A stretch of 63,582 bases of DNA, counting the filler, from Reticulomyxa filosa (lineage: Eukaryota > Protista > Foraminifera): the NCBI GenBank assembly GCA_000512085.1. It is 10 parts of 10 records of this genome, joined end to end, with 100 filler letters (N's around TTAATTAATTAA, not from the genome) between each part and the next. Parts side by side here need not be neighbours in the genome. Positions count along the whole stretch, not along the records: positions 22,238 to 33,265 come from ASPP01008799.1; positions 33,366 to 35,168 come from ASPP01042083.1; positions 35,269 to 36,485 come from ASPP01019245.1; positions 36,586 to 42,387 come from ASPP01027749.1; 6 more parts are not named here. One strand, given 5' to 3'. The notes under the pieces are model-generated. The model saw only the letters and a list, made by a program, of their open reading frames with translations, ran no database searches and was not told the origin of the DNA. The translations under genes were made by a program, and so were the position numbers. This document shows positions 24,848-38,165 of this stretch, piece by piece (positions within the stretch are counted from its first letter, which is position 1; the number at the start of each line of letters is the position of its first letter).

Positions 24848-26687
24848 TTACTTTTTTTTTTTTTTTTCTTTTTTCTTATTTTTTTCTTTTGTATACTTGT
24901 ATGTTGTTTATTTTTTTCCTTGAGGCAAGTTCCATATATCCCAATTTGTTTAATCTTCTTGCTGATGTAATAAATCACGACATTTGTACGATCATCGAGT
25001 TCCCCTATTGCAAAAAAAAAATTTCGTAACAGTCATGTCCTCCCTTTTGTTGTCAAGTATTTTGTTTGGTGGTTTTTTCTTGCGGAAATATTGTATGTTC
25101 ATCTAAAGTTGGTTTAGACCGTCCATAAAAATTACACTCTAGTTGCACTTCCTTCGTGTTAACAAAGCTAGTTTTTATAAATACAGTGTTTCATCGTTCA
25201 CTCACTATCAAAAAAATGTTCTACCCAGACATTTATATTGAAATTCAGGGCTATGACAACAACGGCAAATTTCTATAATAGTACAAGTTCAGCAACAATG
25301 GCAATTTTCAAGATAATTTTAAAAACTTAATTTGCTAAAATGCCATTTCAAAACTAATAAATTTTTAAAATTAAAGATGTAAACATAAAAAACAGCAGTT
25401 GGACAAAGAAGATCATAGTTCTTTGTCAAAGCGTGTGCTTTCATACTGTCAGGTAACAAATAAACATTTTTAAGTATACTTTAAAAAACTACACTTTTTC
25501 TTTCACTCAATGGCAAATCTTTGCTATTCATCACGAATGAACTATAGACATTCTGGCGAAAGATCTTTGCAATAATACGTTGTTCAAATGTATTTATTCT
25601 TGTTCAGTAAATTATAATCACTTACTTCCACTTTGTCTCTATAGCAGTGGCTTCATCTTCATATACTTCCTAAATCAAACATGACAAATATTCTTTTTTA
25701 TCTTAAAAAACAATTATTATATATGTATATCCTAAAACCAATTAATAAACTGCATAAAATATAATCTTATTTGATCGTCAGCATATTAATTGTAACAATT
25801 TTTTTACATTTATTTTAGTTTATTATTTTTTTTCTTTTTCTAACGAATGAGTATTAGTCAATTATTCTATAATTTATTATGAATCAATCAAATTCAATAT
25901 TGACTTTCTTAAAATTTCTTTACCTGAATAAACTGCACTAATTGTCAGTCTTTTTTTTTTTTACAATAGTTTTGTTTTATTATTATATGTTTTTTATACA
26001 AACTTTTTTTTTAACTTTTTTTGCACAAAATAATTTCTTTAGTTAAAAAATGAAAAAATAAACTAAATAACTAATTGCGTTATACATGCATCAAATTGAA
26101 ATGTTAGAGCTCAATTTTTCTTTTGTTTCTATTTCTTCTTAGTCTTGATTTTTTCTATTTATCACTGTCATAATATATATGTTTCATAATTTTTAATCAT
26201 TTTTTTCTTCTTGAATTAAAATAATAATAAAATTTCATAAAATTTAATGATGAATATAAACAAATTTCAAAAAAAGTTCATGAACTTTATACCACAACGT
26301 TCACAAAACCCAATATTTCGTTAGTTTCAAAAAAGAAGATTAAATAATTTTTTGAATATAAGTTGAAAGGAAAATTCAATGTTATGTAAAATTAGATATT
26401 TTTTAGTCCTTTCCAAAAAAAATAGTACAATTCCCTTGATAATTTTTAAAAACAATCAATTCAGTATCCAAAACAAAAAAAAAGATCTCACTGAGTTGTG
26501 TAGCAACGACAGTGTTAGGACTTCTTTGAAACAAGCTGCAAGTCAGTTAACATCATAAAAACTTTCACGTTTTTTGGAATTAGATGGCAATCCTTCCATA
26601 GTAACAAATTAATTGTTTCAAAACGGTTTTCGCTTTTTTGAGGGGCGTGGCAGTATGAGATCCAAATAAAAAACTTTTCCAAAGTTC

Positions 26688-28556
26688 ATGCTTGAAATAC
26701 CAGTTTTAATATTTGTTGTATTGAGCAATTTGGTGCTGGCAGGTTTTATCACCTGGCTCCTTAAGCATTTTGCTCATCCATCAGTGACATGGGACGTATT
26801 GTTGGTAGTCTGGGCTTCGTGGGAACTGGGTACAGTGATAATAACAATATTGCCGTTGGACATGAGACCAGGAGTGGTTGACACAAAAGCATTGCATCCA
26901 TTTTATGCATTTTCATATTGGACATGTTTCTTGCTCACATGGTTTATCGCTCCCGTGTTGCAAGGGTTAATTTGGGATGTGTGTCTATTCCATCAAATTT
27001 TTTAAAAAAATCTTTCATCCTCTCCGATAATGACAACACTATCAAAATGGACTATTGAGATGGGGGGGGGATGTGTGAAAAAAAAAACCAAAAATGGAAA
27101 AAATAAAAAATTTTTAAAAAATAGATACAAAATATCTGGTAGTTTCACACCTCGTAGCAAGCTGATTGATTCACTAAAATTGAATATTATTTTTTATGTT
27201 GTCGTTAAGTTTGTTTTGTTTTGTTTTTTTTTTTAACAAAAAATAAAAATAAGTAATTAAAATACTGACCTGTAGCGAAAAAAAAAAAAAAAGTCAACAG
27301 TGGCAATGCTAATCGGATTTTTGTATTTATTATTTACAACACATTTAAGTGCAGTTCGGTTGGTGGCGCTTGCACAATCGTTTGGAAACTTGTGGGGGTT
27401 GTCACTTGCGATCATAACGGTGGGCTATGGGTTGGTGGAGATCCCCCGTTTTTTTTGGTACCACTCGAACTACGAAAAGCGCATTCAATATTTGCAATGG
27501 AACTTGGCGCAGTTGGAGAACGAGAAGGACGAAGCGTATGATCGTGTGGAGGAATACGTATACTTATTTCAATGCATTTGCAAAAAATATGGTGCGAAAC
27601 ATGCGTATTTGAAAGAGCAAAGAGAAATTGTGTCGAACCAATTGAAAGAGCATAACTTGTATGACAAAGTGATCGCGAAGCCGGACATTACGCAAGACGA
27701 TTTAAAAGACAAAATTGACCAAGAGAAGATTGATGAAAAGCTGCTTGCGAAAATCCATTCGGAATTGAAAATATGGATCTTTGAATTGGAACGAAGTCAA
27801 TCGTGGTGGCTGAAGATTGCCCACGATATTTTGGTCTTGCAAATGTCCTTACAACAAAGAAACAGTCTGCAAGGTAATGTTGCATCGTCCGTCTCTTTGT
27901 CTTCCATGTCGTCACGTCCCCTAAACAAGAGTCGCCATCGCCAACGTCGAAAGCGCAGCAAACGTGGACATTCATTCGATAAGAAGACACGAGTGAAGGA
28001 CGATGAAGATGATGAGGATGACGATGACGAAGAGGATGATGAGGATGATGAGGAAGAAGAAAGAGGAAGGTCTGGTGATAGTGCTGAAGATAATGATGAT
28101 GACAATAATGATGACAATAATGATAGAAAGAATGCCAATAATACACGTCGTGGCAATGCGAACAAAAATAATAAGAAGGATAATAGCAAGGATCACAAAA
28201 ATAAACATAAAAATAAACATAAAAATGACAATGGAAACAAAGAAGATCCTTCCGAAGAAAGCAACTTGGATTTGGTGTTGAATGTCTCGCAAATCCGTCC
28301 GTCCAGTGACGAAATGCAACGACTCAATTGTTGCAGTAAAATGTATTGGTATGCCCATACCTATCTTATCCCGCTCGTGCAAAAGGCATTTGCTGTATTT
28401 TTGGCCTTGCTGTCGCTGGCCATCATCTGGTCCGAAATTGCCCTGGCCTTTGATGTTCGACTCTCCATATTCTCCATTGTCACCAATGACACCAAGTTAT
28501 ATTATATGGTCCATTATATATATATATACATATATATATGTACATATACATACATA

Positions 28557-28593
<37 letters not shown>

Positions 28594-29426
28594 GTGTGTG
28601 GTTGTGGCTATCTTTCCAGTAATACCATTGGCGTACTCATATTCGGATCCGTGACGTTTGCATATATCAGCGCATGCTCGCTATTTTCGTTGTGGCGATT
28701 ACACTTGGGACAACTGTATCACATGCACTCGCATCAATTGACAGATGACAATTCTTTGTTAACAAATGCCACATTTAGCGCGCGTTTAATGTTCCCTTTG
28801 GGCTATAATTTCATCTTGCTCTGCAACACGACAAAGCAGTCATCGTATTCCAAACTGTTCACGCAAATGGAAAAACTCCCATTGCTAGGAAATCCAGCCA
28901 ACACCTTTTTGCCTTTACTCATCTTTTTGTTTTGTTTGGCCACTTGGTTCAACGTGTATGGGAGGGTGCTTAAATGCTTGCGCATTTCGCGCTTTGAATT
29001 TGGCGACCCCAAAACCTCTCCCGACGTGGCTCAGCAAATTGCCAATGGCCAAGAGTTGATGCACAAATTCAAACGGACACTCAAGTCCAATCCCGAATTG
29101 CGAGAACAATTTGAAGCTTTGTTTAGTCAGTGGACTTCCCATTCTATTCAGTCCACTTCTCCTCGGGATATCACTCGACTTGTTGCCAATCAAATGAATC
29201 CACAAAAACACACATACAATGACAAAACCAATCAAACACTCATCTCGAAACATTCATTCAAACACAAAGGTTTTCTTTACATTGCAATATCTGATATCGC
29301 GATAATAAAATTATATATATTTTTTTTATGTCCATTTTTATAGGCCGTCCGCAACATCACATTCTTGAACTGGAGCCAATTGGCAAAGACAAAAATAACT
29401 TCGATGATGATGCTGCTTTGGAATAG
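26688..29426 (+). CDS. LMBR1-domain membrane protein (LMBRD2-like), about 5 exons
   Basis: Motifs ILPLD, YWTCFLLTWFIAPVLQGY..SGSFT, GNLWGL..GYGLVEIPR..W, IIWSE, and TDDNSLLTNATFSARLMFPLGYNF. There is an acidic/Asn-rich insert in the central loop. Confidence 0.88.
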
Positions 29427-30036
29427 TCTGCAGAACAAAAAACAAGTGTTTCCTTTTTGCTGTTGTTGTTCTATTATTTTTCATTAAATTGTTACGCTGA
29501 TCTAATTTTTTTGTTTTGTTTTGTGCCAGAAACAAAAAGAAGGGGAAAAGGGCCATTTTTATTTTTTATTTTAGTTCACTTTCTTCTTGTACAAGGTGAG
29601 CACAAGAAGATTCTGAAACAATGATATTAACATATTTTATTTTTTTTAAATACGAACGGATATGTAGACAATTGAAAAACAAAATTAAATAAACTTCTAA
29701 GTCTCCAACAAGTGAATGAATTCAATGGTAACAAGCTCTGGAAGTTTCAAGTATTGTCTTTTTAAAAGTTTTCAATTTTATTTTAATTGTCTGTCTATTT
29801 AAGACTAAATTAAAGATTTTTAGATATTATGGATTTTTATTTCTTTTTAAATAAGGGCTAAATATCGGCTAGTTTGCACTCTTTCAATTGACTTGATGTA
29901 CAAAAACTTGGGTAAACTTCTTATATCTTTATTTTCTGTTTTTTCCAGTAGTATTTTGAAGGGAAAAAAGGGACTACACTGTAAAAAAATTCTTGTTTTC
30001 TAAGTTTTCTTCAAATTCGTCTTAACATAAATATCG

Positions 30037-31106
30037 ATGACTCAAACAGACAACACTGAAGAAGAATTAACAAAACTCTTGACAGACGAAAAAAATAAAT
30101 TTGAATGGAGTTCCCACGTTCCATGGAAACAGTACAAAAGTGTGTTAGTAATTGGAATGGGTGGTGGTTGTGATGTCTTCTCCGCATATGCGATGAAAAA
30201 CATATTGTCTAGTTCTTTTCCTTCAATAAAGTTTTTCTTCGGCAATTGCATTGGGCTAAGGGACCTATCGAAACATAAAAAACTCACCGAGTGCTTGTAC
30301 CAGGTCCAAGTACACTCAGAAATATCTCCAAATGAAAACTATTACACCACCACGATTTTAGAGGAAAGTTTGTACAAAAATCCAAACAGTGACAGCAAAG
30401 AAGACGACAAAGAGAGATTTTTTGAAGGTCCCTATTTATTACTTGTCAAGCACAAAAAGCTTAATGCAAAAGAGGACAAACTCTCCACGATTGAAAAGGT
30501 CACTGCCGAAAACACCAAAGGATTATTGGAAGCATGGAGTCACTTAAAAGTGGATTTAATCATCAGTATTGACAACGGTGGTGATTCTCTCACCGGTTAA
30601 ACAAATTCTTTTGAAAAGTAAATTAAATGTTTTTGCTGAGTCGACAAAATTTGTAAATACACAAAACAAAAAAAAAAGGCGGAATAGACTATGTCGAACA
30701 TGTAGAATTGGGGCGGGATAAACAAGTGAAATATGCTTTGGAAAGTCAAACAAACATTGACTACTTGTATGTGGTAATGGGTCCAGGTTGCGACGGTGAG
30801 AGCGAAAAGAGTAGCCTTTCAAAGGGCCTGCTCGACAATATTCAATCATTCTTAGGTTATTTCATGTTGACCGAATCACTCGTTTCACAACTTCGAAGTT
30901 GCGCCAAGTTTTTGCCTCCTCAGAGGACACCCAACATTATCTTTGATGCTTACAACAAGTTCCAAAACCAAGACAAAAAAACCATTCTTTTGGACGATCT
31001 GATTCAAATCGACAGAGGAGTTAAGCCTTTCATCCCTTTGCGCTGGCTTATCAGCGCATGGGTTTTTTCCAAGTGCAAAATCTTTGCAAAAGGGACAAAT
31101 TCCTAA
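30037..31106 (+). CDS. DUF1152-like protein (2 exons: 30037-30595, 30679-31106)
   Basis: VLVIGMGGGCDVFSA, DLIISIDNGGDSLTGG and MGPGCDGE resemble the GGGxD / VDxGGD / GxGxDG motifs of prokaryotic DUF1152. The intron 30596-30678 restores the frame. Confidence 0.7.
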
Positions 31107-31400
31107 ATTTTTGTTGGATATTTATTTGACACAGTGGAACTATACTTGCTTTTTGGGTTCTATTTTGAAAAGTTCCACGTTATAACCCCTGTTTCATTTT
31201 TTTGAAAAAAACAAAAGTTTGACAAAAATGTGTACGTAATTTTTTGGTGAAAATACGAAATTAACAGAACAATTTTAAACATTTTCATTACCACCAAGAC
31301 AGTGATAATCAAAGTTATTCAACAACGAGTTATTTCTTTTCGGACAATAGAAAAATGCCTTTTTGTCGTCTCACAACTTAAACAAATAAATAAAAGTTCT

Positions 31401-31847
31401 TCAGTGACGAGGTAAATCAGAATCGGACATAAGATATTCAGTGTCTGACATTAGTTTCATCCAACGGAGTGCAACATGCAAAAAATACATGCCCACAACA
31501 AACCACAAAAGAGCAGCTACCCAACAGTAAATTGTGTAGGTTTTTCCTCTGTTTCTAAATATGGCTGCTGCAAGGTAATTGGCTGTAACTAACGCATGAG
31601 TGATGCCAGTTGCCACTAAGTAACATTTGCTTCTCCACTTTACATTTTTATGGTTTTTGGTTGCAAACCAACCTATGATACCTGCACTGATTGGCAATAA
31701 AAACGAAACACTACCAGCGTCAAACTTGACTCTAGTGACAATATTTACTATTGCCCAGACCCAAAATATCGCTCCAGTTAGAATTTGTAGTGTACTTTGG
31801 ACTTTTATTCTTCGGGAAAGCGATCCATTGAATACTTGAGAATTCAT
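31401..31847 (-). CDS. small four-TM membrane protein, unknown function
   Basis: Intact 148-aa ATG-initiated ORF with four hydrophobic segments. Confidence 0.7.
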   Translation of the reverse strand: MNSQVFNGSLSRRIKVQSTLQILTGAIFWVWAIVNIVTRVKFDAGSVSFLLPISAGIIGWFATKNHKNVKWRSKCYLVATGITHALVTANYLAAAIFRNRGKTYTIYCWVAALLWFVVGMYFLHVALRWMKLMSDTEYLMSDSDLPRH

Positions 31848-32212
31848 TCCGTCTCTTGATAGTGAGCGTATTTTTCTTCATGAATCCTTGGTGTCACTTT
31901 TTTTTTTGCAGCTAAAAGAGCTTGCAGTTTTCAAGATTTTTGAGAAAACAATAAGAAAATAAAAACATTAAAAGTGTGTTTAAGGAATAGAGAAATTAGT
32001 CACTTTATGAACGTACAAAACAACAAGAAATATCAAATAAATAAAGTAAATAATATCGGTGTTGCAGTAAACAACATTAATTACACACAAAAAAAATAAC
32101 TTCGATGACGAAATTTTTAGTGCTTGGTATGTTTAATTTGTATGTTGGTGAATGAATCTCCCAATAACAAACATTTCAATCTGAAGTAGTTTGGTTGTTG
32201 TTTGGCTGATGT

Positions 32213-33265
32213 ATGCAAATATTTCAAATGAAATTTTTGGAAGGCCGGACTGCACATTCAAGTGCTCGAACCTGCCAGAAATTGCGAAGCAGCTTACTCT
32301 TGTCAAGGAGGATGGTGTCAAGAAAGATCAGCTATAAAATCGGAAAGCACGGGCAAGTGCGAAGCAATCACACGAGTAAAACAGTATTTGAGTGTGATGA
32401 ACTGCATAAAAAAAGTGTAATAAAGAGGGATGAGCATATGACAATGCGCAATGAAATGAAGTTTTATTGCACCTACAAAAGTGAAAGTATGGTGGTATTG
32501 TCAATATTTAAGCTATATTTTATGAAGCTGTTCGGAGACATAGGAAAGAGGAGTTGGTATAAACAATTGGGAATAAAGCATGGTAGTGAGATCCAACACG
32601 TGATAATATACTTTGTGAAAGATAGTCGTGACTTGATGGCATTGGAAGTATTGGAATATGTGGATAAGAATTCGATGATGAAATGGATGGAGCGAGACAA
32701 ATTGCCACAAAGCAATCAGTCGTTGAACATGGTGGTGTGTGACAAGGATATGTCGTCGATGGTATTAACCCATCAACATCCTTACTACGTCCCCATCCTT
32801 CTCAAGTCGATCTACGTCCGCACCGACACTATCGACAATGTGTGTCTGACAATGGAGCGACTCATCGACTACTTTTCGCCTTTGTCCGAACACGACAAGT
32901 TGTTGTGTATTGCCAGCGAATTCCCCAATGGCATCCCCTTGACGCAATTTAAAGATTATTACTTGCATTTGTACAACCGTCCATTCGAACACACCGTCCT
33001 CTCATGGCTTCACAAACAAGAACAAGAAAAAGAAAAAGAAGGAGATGGAGGTGGATCACAATGTCCGGAATCAACTCCATCTCTTGCACAACCTTGTCAA
33101 CCCATTTTGTCCATTCAACATTTGTCCAATTACTTTCAAATGTATTCCTCCAATATCTTATTGTGTCAAACAACTGAACAACCTTCACTTCACGATTTTT
33201 TGTTACTGCCAAATTCATATCAAGTTTTTTTTTTTTTTTTTCACTTTCTAATAACAACAACAACA
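32213..33265 (+). CDS. 3'-truncated hypothetical protein with a possible LOTUS/OST-HTH-like segment
   Basis: About 340-aa open frame running to an intron and the contig end. LLCIASEFPNGIPLTQFKDYYLHLYNRPF resembles the LOTUS pattern. Confidence 0.5.
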
Positions 33266-33590
33266 NNNNNNNNNNNNNNNNNNNNNNNNNNNNNNNNNNN
33301 NNNNNNNNNTTAATTAATTAANNNNNNNNNNNNNNNNNNNNNNNNNNNNNNNNNNNNNNNNNNNNCGCAAACAGCGCTTCTATCACCATTAAGGCCGGTG
33401 CTAAGCCATGCAATGACAACTCACCAGTAATTGCAACTGGTCTGTCCATTTGTCAAGTCGTCCGTCCATGCCCAATTTGAACTTCTCCATATCGTATAAT
33501 CTATCTATTTTTTTGTTGTTTGTTTATATTTAAGAAAAAAAGATGTTGTTAAAAAAAAAAAAAAAGAACATAACATTGCAAAGTCGAATA

Positions 33591-33878
33591 TCATTGTAAA
33601 TCGATTTGTGCATTGGCGATTGAAGAGTAGACGATGGTGTAATAGTGATGATATGCACACCACTGTCGAATGGATATATTTGCACGAACACTGAATTTTA
33701 ATCCCAATGATATATACAGTTGCAGCAATTCCACATTTCCAACGTGTCGTGTCACAATTAAAACGAATTGTGATTTTGAATTTGTGCAAAGTCCAACATC
33801 TGCACCCAAGCCATTGTTTTCAACACTCGCAATTTTGTTCTTCATCAACAAGATTGTGATATATTCGCCAACCGCCAA
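33591..33878 (-). pseudogene. possible degenerate ankyrin-repeat remnant
   Basis: GADVGLCTN..VLIVTRHVGNVELLQLYISLG loosely resembles an ankyrin repeat; the flanks are interrupted. Confidence 0.25.
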
Positions 33879-34845
33879 GTCACTATGTTTTTGTTTTTTA
33901 AAAAAATCAATCTTAAATCAAATCAGCCATATATACAATCCATCATCCCCCTTATCATCTATTGATATACGTAAACTCCTTTTTTTTTTTCATGAGCATT
34001 TTTTTTCTTCCATTAAATCTTTTAATCCACTGTTATTTACCTGTATTTTGATTTGAAGATTAATGTGTATGATGTTGATGATATGCTCGATGTGGACGTG
34101 AAAATATTCATTGCCGGAATTTTTGTATGTACACTTTCATTGGATTGTATTGGGTCGATCATTAAGGTGCTTTTGAGAATGAGTATACGTGAGTTTTTTA
34201 ATTACATCAACGATACTTTTCTTACATTGTTACAGAGTTGTGGAGATTGTACATCCGTCCACATTTTCGATTTTTGTGTGTGTTTGAGAGAGTAGCTGAC
34301 AAATGTATTCAATGATGTTGTAGTGCACATGTTGCCGTGATTATTCGAATGCATTTGCACGGTTTCCTTTGAACTTTCTGTAGTCACATATTTTGCACTT
34401 GACACAACCGGAACTACAATTAAGACTTGCAATGCTGTTAATATATTTTCATACACCAGCGACGAGTCCATGTTGCTGTTTAGAGAGCCAAGTTTCCACT
34501 CAGTCGTTTCTCTTTTGTTTGTCCCCTCTTTTACCGGGCACTTTGAAATGGAAATACGTCAAATGATAATAACAAAATAAGTTTTAGAAAATAATTTCAG
34601 AATCAAAAGTAATAATCAATTTTCTTTTTTTTTTGAAAAAGTTATGTTCTTTGTGAATATACTCGCACAAATTCAAAATAAAATCGAGGTCCTTCTCCAA
34701 AGAAAAATAACAAACAAAATTGTGCAATTGCTCAACTGAATATATTTGCTAATAGATTGTGTCGTCGGCTTATCATCTTAATTTTTTTTAAGTACAAACA
34801 AAAAAAGCAAGAGGCAGTTAAGGTTACCAAAAAAAAAAAGACTTC

Positions 34846-35112
34846 ATGCAAAATTGGTTGGAAAAGTTAATCGACGAAGATGAAAATAAAGATAAAGAAA
34901 ATGGAAACGAAAAGGAAAATAAAAAAGAAGAAGCGAATATAGCTTCCAATGAAAGCAACAAGAAACAAGAAGCAAGTACTGCTACAACTGATAATGAAAA
35001 ATCTAAGCCTCGGCAAATCAGTGAAAACGAACGAGGTCACTTTTACCAAATAAAAAATTTTTTTGGTTCTTTTGGCATCGCAAAAAAAAAAGGGATTCTT
35101 TCTCTTGACTGA
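34846..35112 (+). CDS. short charged low-complexity ORF / gene fragment
   Basis: 88-aa E/K/N-rich ORF near the contig end. Confidence 0.3.
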   Translation: MQNWLEKLIDEDENKDKENGNEKENKKEEANIASNESNKKQEASTATTDNEKSKPRQISENERGHFYQIKNFFGSFGIAKKKGILSLD

Positions 35113-36591
35113 TGAATATGATATTTCAACGAAAAATTTGCCCAAACTTCTTTTGATCAGCTTTTTTTNNNNNNNNNNNNNNNNNNNNNNNNNNNNNNNN
35201 NNNNNNNNNNNNTTAATTAATTAANNNNNNNNNNNNNNNNNNNNNNNNNNNNNNNNNNNNNNNNNNNNAATGAAATTTTGTTTTGATTTTCATTTTTTAA
35301 TTTATTCAATTTTTACTTTGTATTGTTGTTTAATTTATTTTTGAATTTTTGGTCATTTAAGAAAAAAAAGTTTTATAATATTTTTGTGCGCTTTTAATAA
35401 GATATTTGAGAAAATAATTTGCTCTAAAACTGAATTTTGATATTTGATACTTTGAGAAGCAAGAAATATGTATCATTTAAAAAATGTACAAATTTTTCAA
35501 ACATTAACCACAATAAGCAACAGTTTCTCAAGATTAAATTGAGACCTACCAATGCTTGTTGTATTGAAGTAGTTTTCTTTTAGTACTTTTTTAGGATTGA
35601 AGTACAATTTTCAATAATAGAGACTTTACTACTGAATTAGCACTACTAACAAATTGCAAATAAATTTAAAATTAAACTTAAACAAACGAATTAAAATATT
35701 TTTAAAAACTATTCTTTTTTTTCTATATCAAGTCGCCACTATTATGTCACGCAATTATACAATATCATCTATATCAATCTACAATTCCGGTATTATATTT
35801 GCATCGAGTCCTATGTCCCTGTGGAAGTCCACTTAGTTCTGTGCTATTCACATTCAAAGACTTTACAAAGTTTTTTTGTTGGTAATCTTCAAAGGGCAGT
35901 TTGTTTTTTGAAACATTTGATGAATCGGTAATGCGCGGAAACATCAACACAAAAAAGATAAGGAAAAGGAAGAAAAGAACAAAAAACAAGTAGTGATGAT
36001 TCTGTTTGAAAAAAAAAAGCGATAAAAGAGCAGCTCAAAGCCAATGGTGATAGTGTTGCATCAAGTAGCAATGTATCAAATGAAAAAAATTTTGATGTCC
36101 TTTATAATATAACAGAATTAAATAAACAAGTATTTACATATAGATATACATTTTAAATGAAATATAAATAACAAATAATACTTATAGATATTTCATGAAA
36201 ATAAAAACGGAGATAAAAGAAAAAGTATCGTGTTTATATAGTATACATTGAGACCCATAAAGTGGAGTGAACAACTACTTCAAATTTTAAAAGTGAGTCG
36301 TATTTGGATTATCCATGTTGTTGAATTTTTTAAGTAGTTTTAACTTTTTTGAAAAAAACAAAATGTAATAAATAAAAACAACAAATTCAAGGTTGAATTG
36401 ATGTCTTTTTGTTTTTTGTAAGGAGGCAAAGGTGTAAACATACTTTCTAAAAGACAATAAATTTTCCCATAAGTACAAGCAAACANNNNNNNNNNNNNNN
36501 NNNNNNNNNNNNNNNNNNNNNNNNNNNNNTTAATTAATTAANNNNNNNNNNNNNNNNNNNNNNNNNNNNNNNNNNNNNNNNNNNNATTGAA

Positions 36592-37504
36592 ATGCAAGCA
36601 ACATTAAAAAATTTTACAACATTAGAAGGGTATACTATAATTGAGAATCCAAAATTAAGTCATTTATTTTATGAACATATTAGAACATGGCAACCAAAGA
36701 ATGTTGAAGAAGAAGATTTAAAGCAAGCAAGTGATGAAGCATTAACAAAAATGAATGATATTATATATAAATAGAATAATTATGCGTCTGATTCAAAAAA
36801 GGCTATTCTTGTTTATATTTCATTTACAAAATTTTATAACAAACAAAATGAAAAAGATATCATTTTGCAAGCATTACAAGGTAGACATATTAACAAAGAA
36901 AGTATGGACGCACTTCGTGAAAAAGTACCATTTGTATATATTATGGACAGATTTGACGGAATATTTGATGTTTATAGTCAAAATCATAATGAAAATGAAC
37001 AATATTTATGATCATTTTAATTTGAATCAATGGAATGCAAAAGTGATTGTTACTTGTCGAAGTAGTGCATCAAAAGAAGAAGATATTAAAACGTGCTTAA
37101 TTGATAATAATAACCAAAATCATATCAATGATTGTATTTGTGGCCATTTACAAAAGTACAGATATGTGATTATACTGACAAGTTTGGAGCAATGAAAACA
37201 AATAATAATAACAGCAACAATAACAATTGGACATCACAACAATATGAAGATGCATTGGACAATTATCCAAATTTACAAAAAATGGTGGAAGAACCTTTTC
37301 TTCTTCAGCTCATTTTGGATGTTTTGCCATTATTGCAAAAAAATTATGAAAAACACAAGGATTTCAAGATCACAAGTATATCAAGTATTCAATGATCAAT
37401 GGATTAATAATCATGCACAAAATATTATTTTGAAATTAAAAGAATTAAAAGTACAAATGAGGAAAAATATTTTCAGGCAAGAAAAGAACAAGAACATAGT
37501 TTGA
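36592..37504 (+). pseudogene. frameshifted NACHT/P-loop NTPase fragment
   Basis: Spread across several frames: degenerate Walker-B-like PFVYIMDRFDGI, KVIVTCRS, YLWPFTKVQICDY, YPNLQKMVEEPFLLQLILDVLP. Confidence 0.65.
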
Positions 37505-38165
37505 AAGAAAAAGAAAAACACAAGTTAAAAAATTTGACCAAATTGAACAACATGACCAACTTGAATCTAACTATATGAACATGAACAATCTGAATCTGAA
37601 AAATCTGAACATGAAAATAAATAAAAAAAATTCAACAAAAATTTTAGAAATTTTTTGTAAACATGTCACCTTTACACTTAAGTATCATTTAACTGCTTTG
37701 CTGGATTGAATCAAAAGATAAAAGCAAAAAATTAGTAATTCAAAAGACAAAAATAAAAAGTCTAATATACTTACGCTGATCCAAATACAAAAAACAAAAT
37801 TTACTCTAGCTTTATATTTATCAATTTAAAAGCAACAAGTTGCATCAATTATGCTCTTTAAAACAAAACACAAAAAAATTGTTACTTGCCTGCCAAATAA
37901 TGTCATAAGTACTAACAATTACACTATTCAAACATATAAAAAAAAATTAACGGCATATCAGCACATCAATGTATATATTTCCATTCCACATAAATGTTAT
38001 GATCATTTTGTTTTTTTTTTAAGTGCTTCTTTAGATTTAGATAATCTTTTGCTTTTGTTTTTCACTAATTGAACAAAGGTAGAAACATTATCAAAAATTT
38101 ACGATAAGCCAAGCGAAAATAAATTTAAAAGCAAAAAATGAAAAAATAAAATTATATATTATCTA

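Noticed and set aside
27688-28382. Antisense and alternative-frame ORFs over low-complexity coding regions (also 42432-43174, 1101-1720, 13750-14426)
   Set aside because: These are shadow ORFs of the real sense-strand genes, produced by repetitive codons.
33366-33480. Minus-strand VAITGELSLHG resembling a Lon protease motif
   Set aside because: It is very short, preceded by an in-frame stop, at a contig edge, and has no other Lon motifs.
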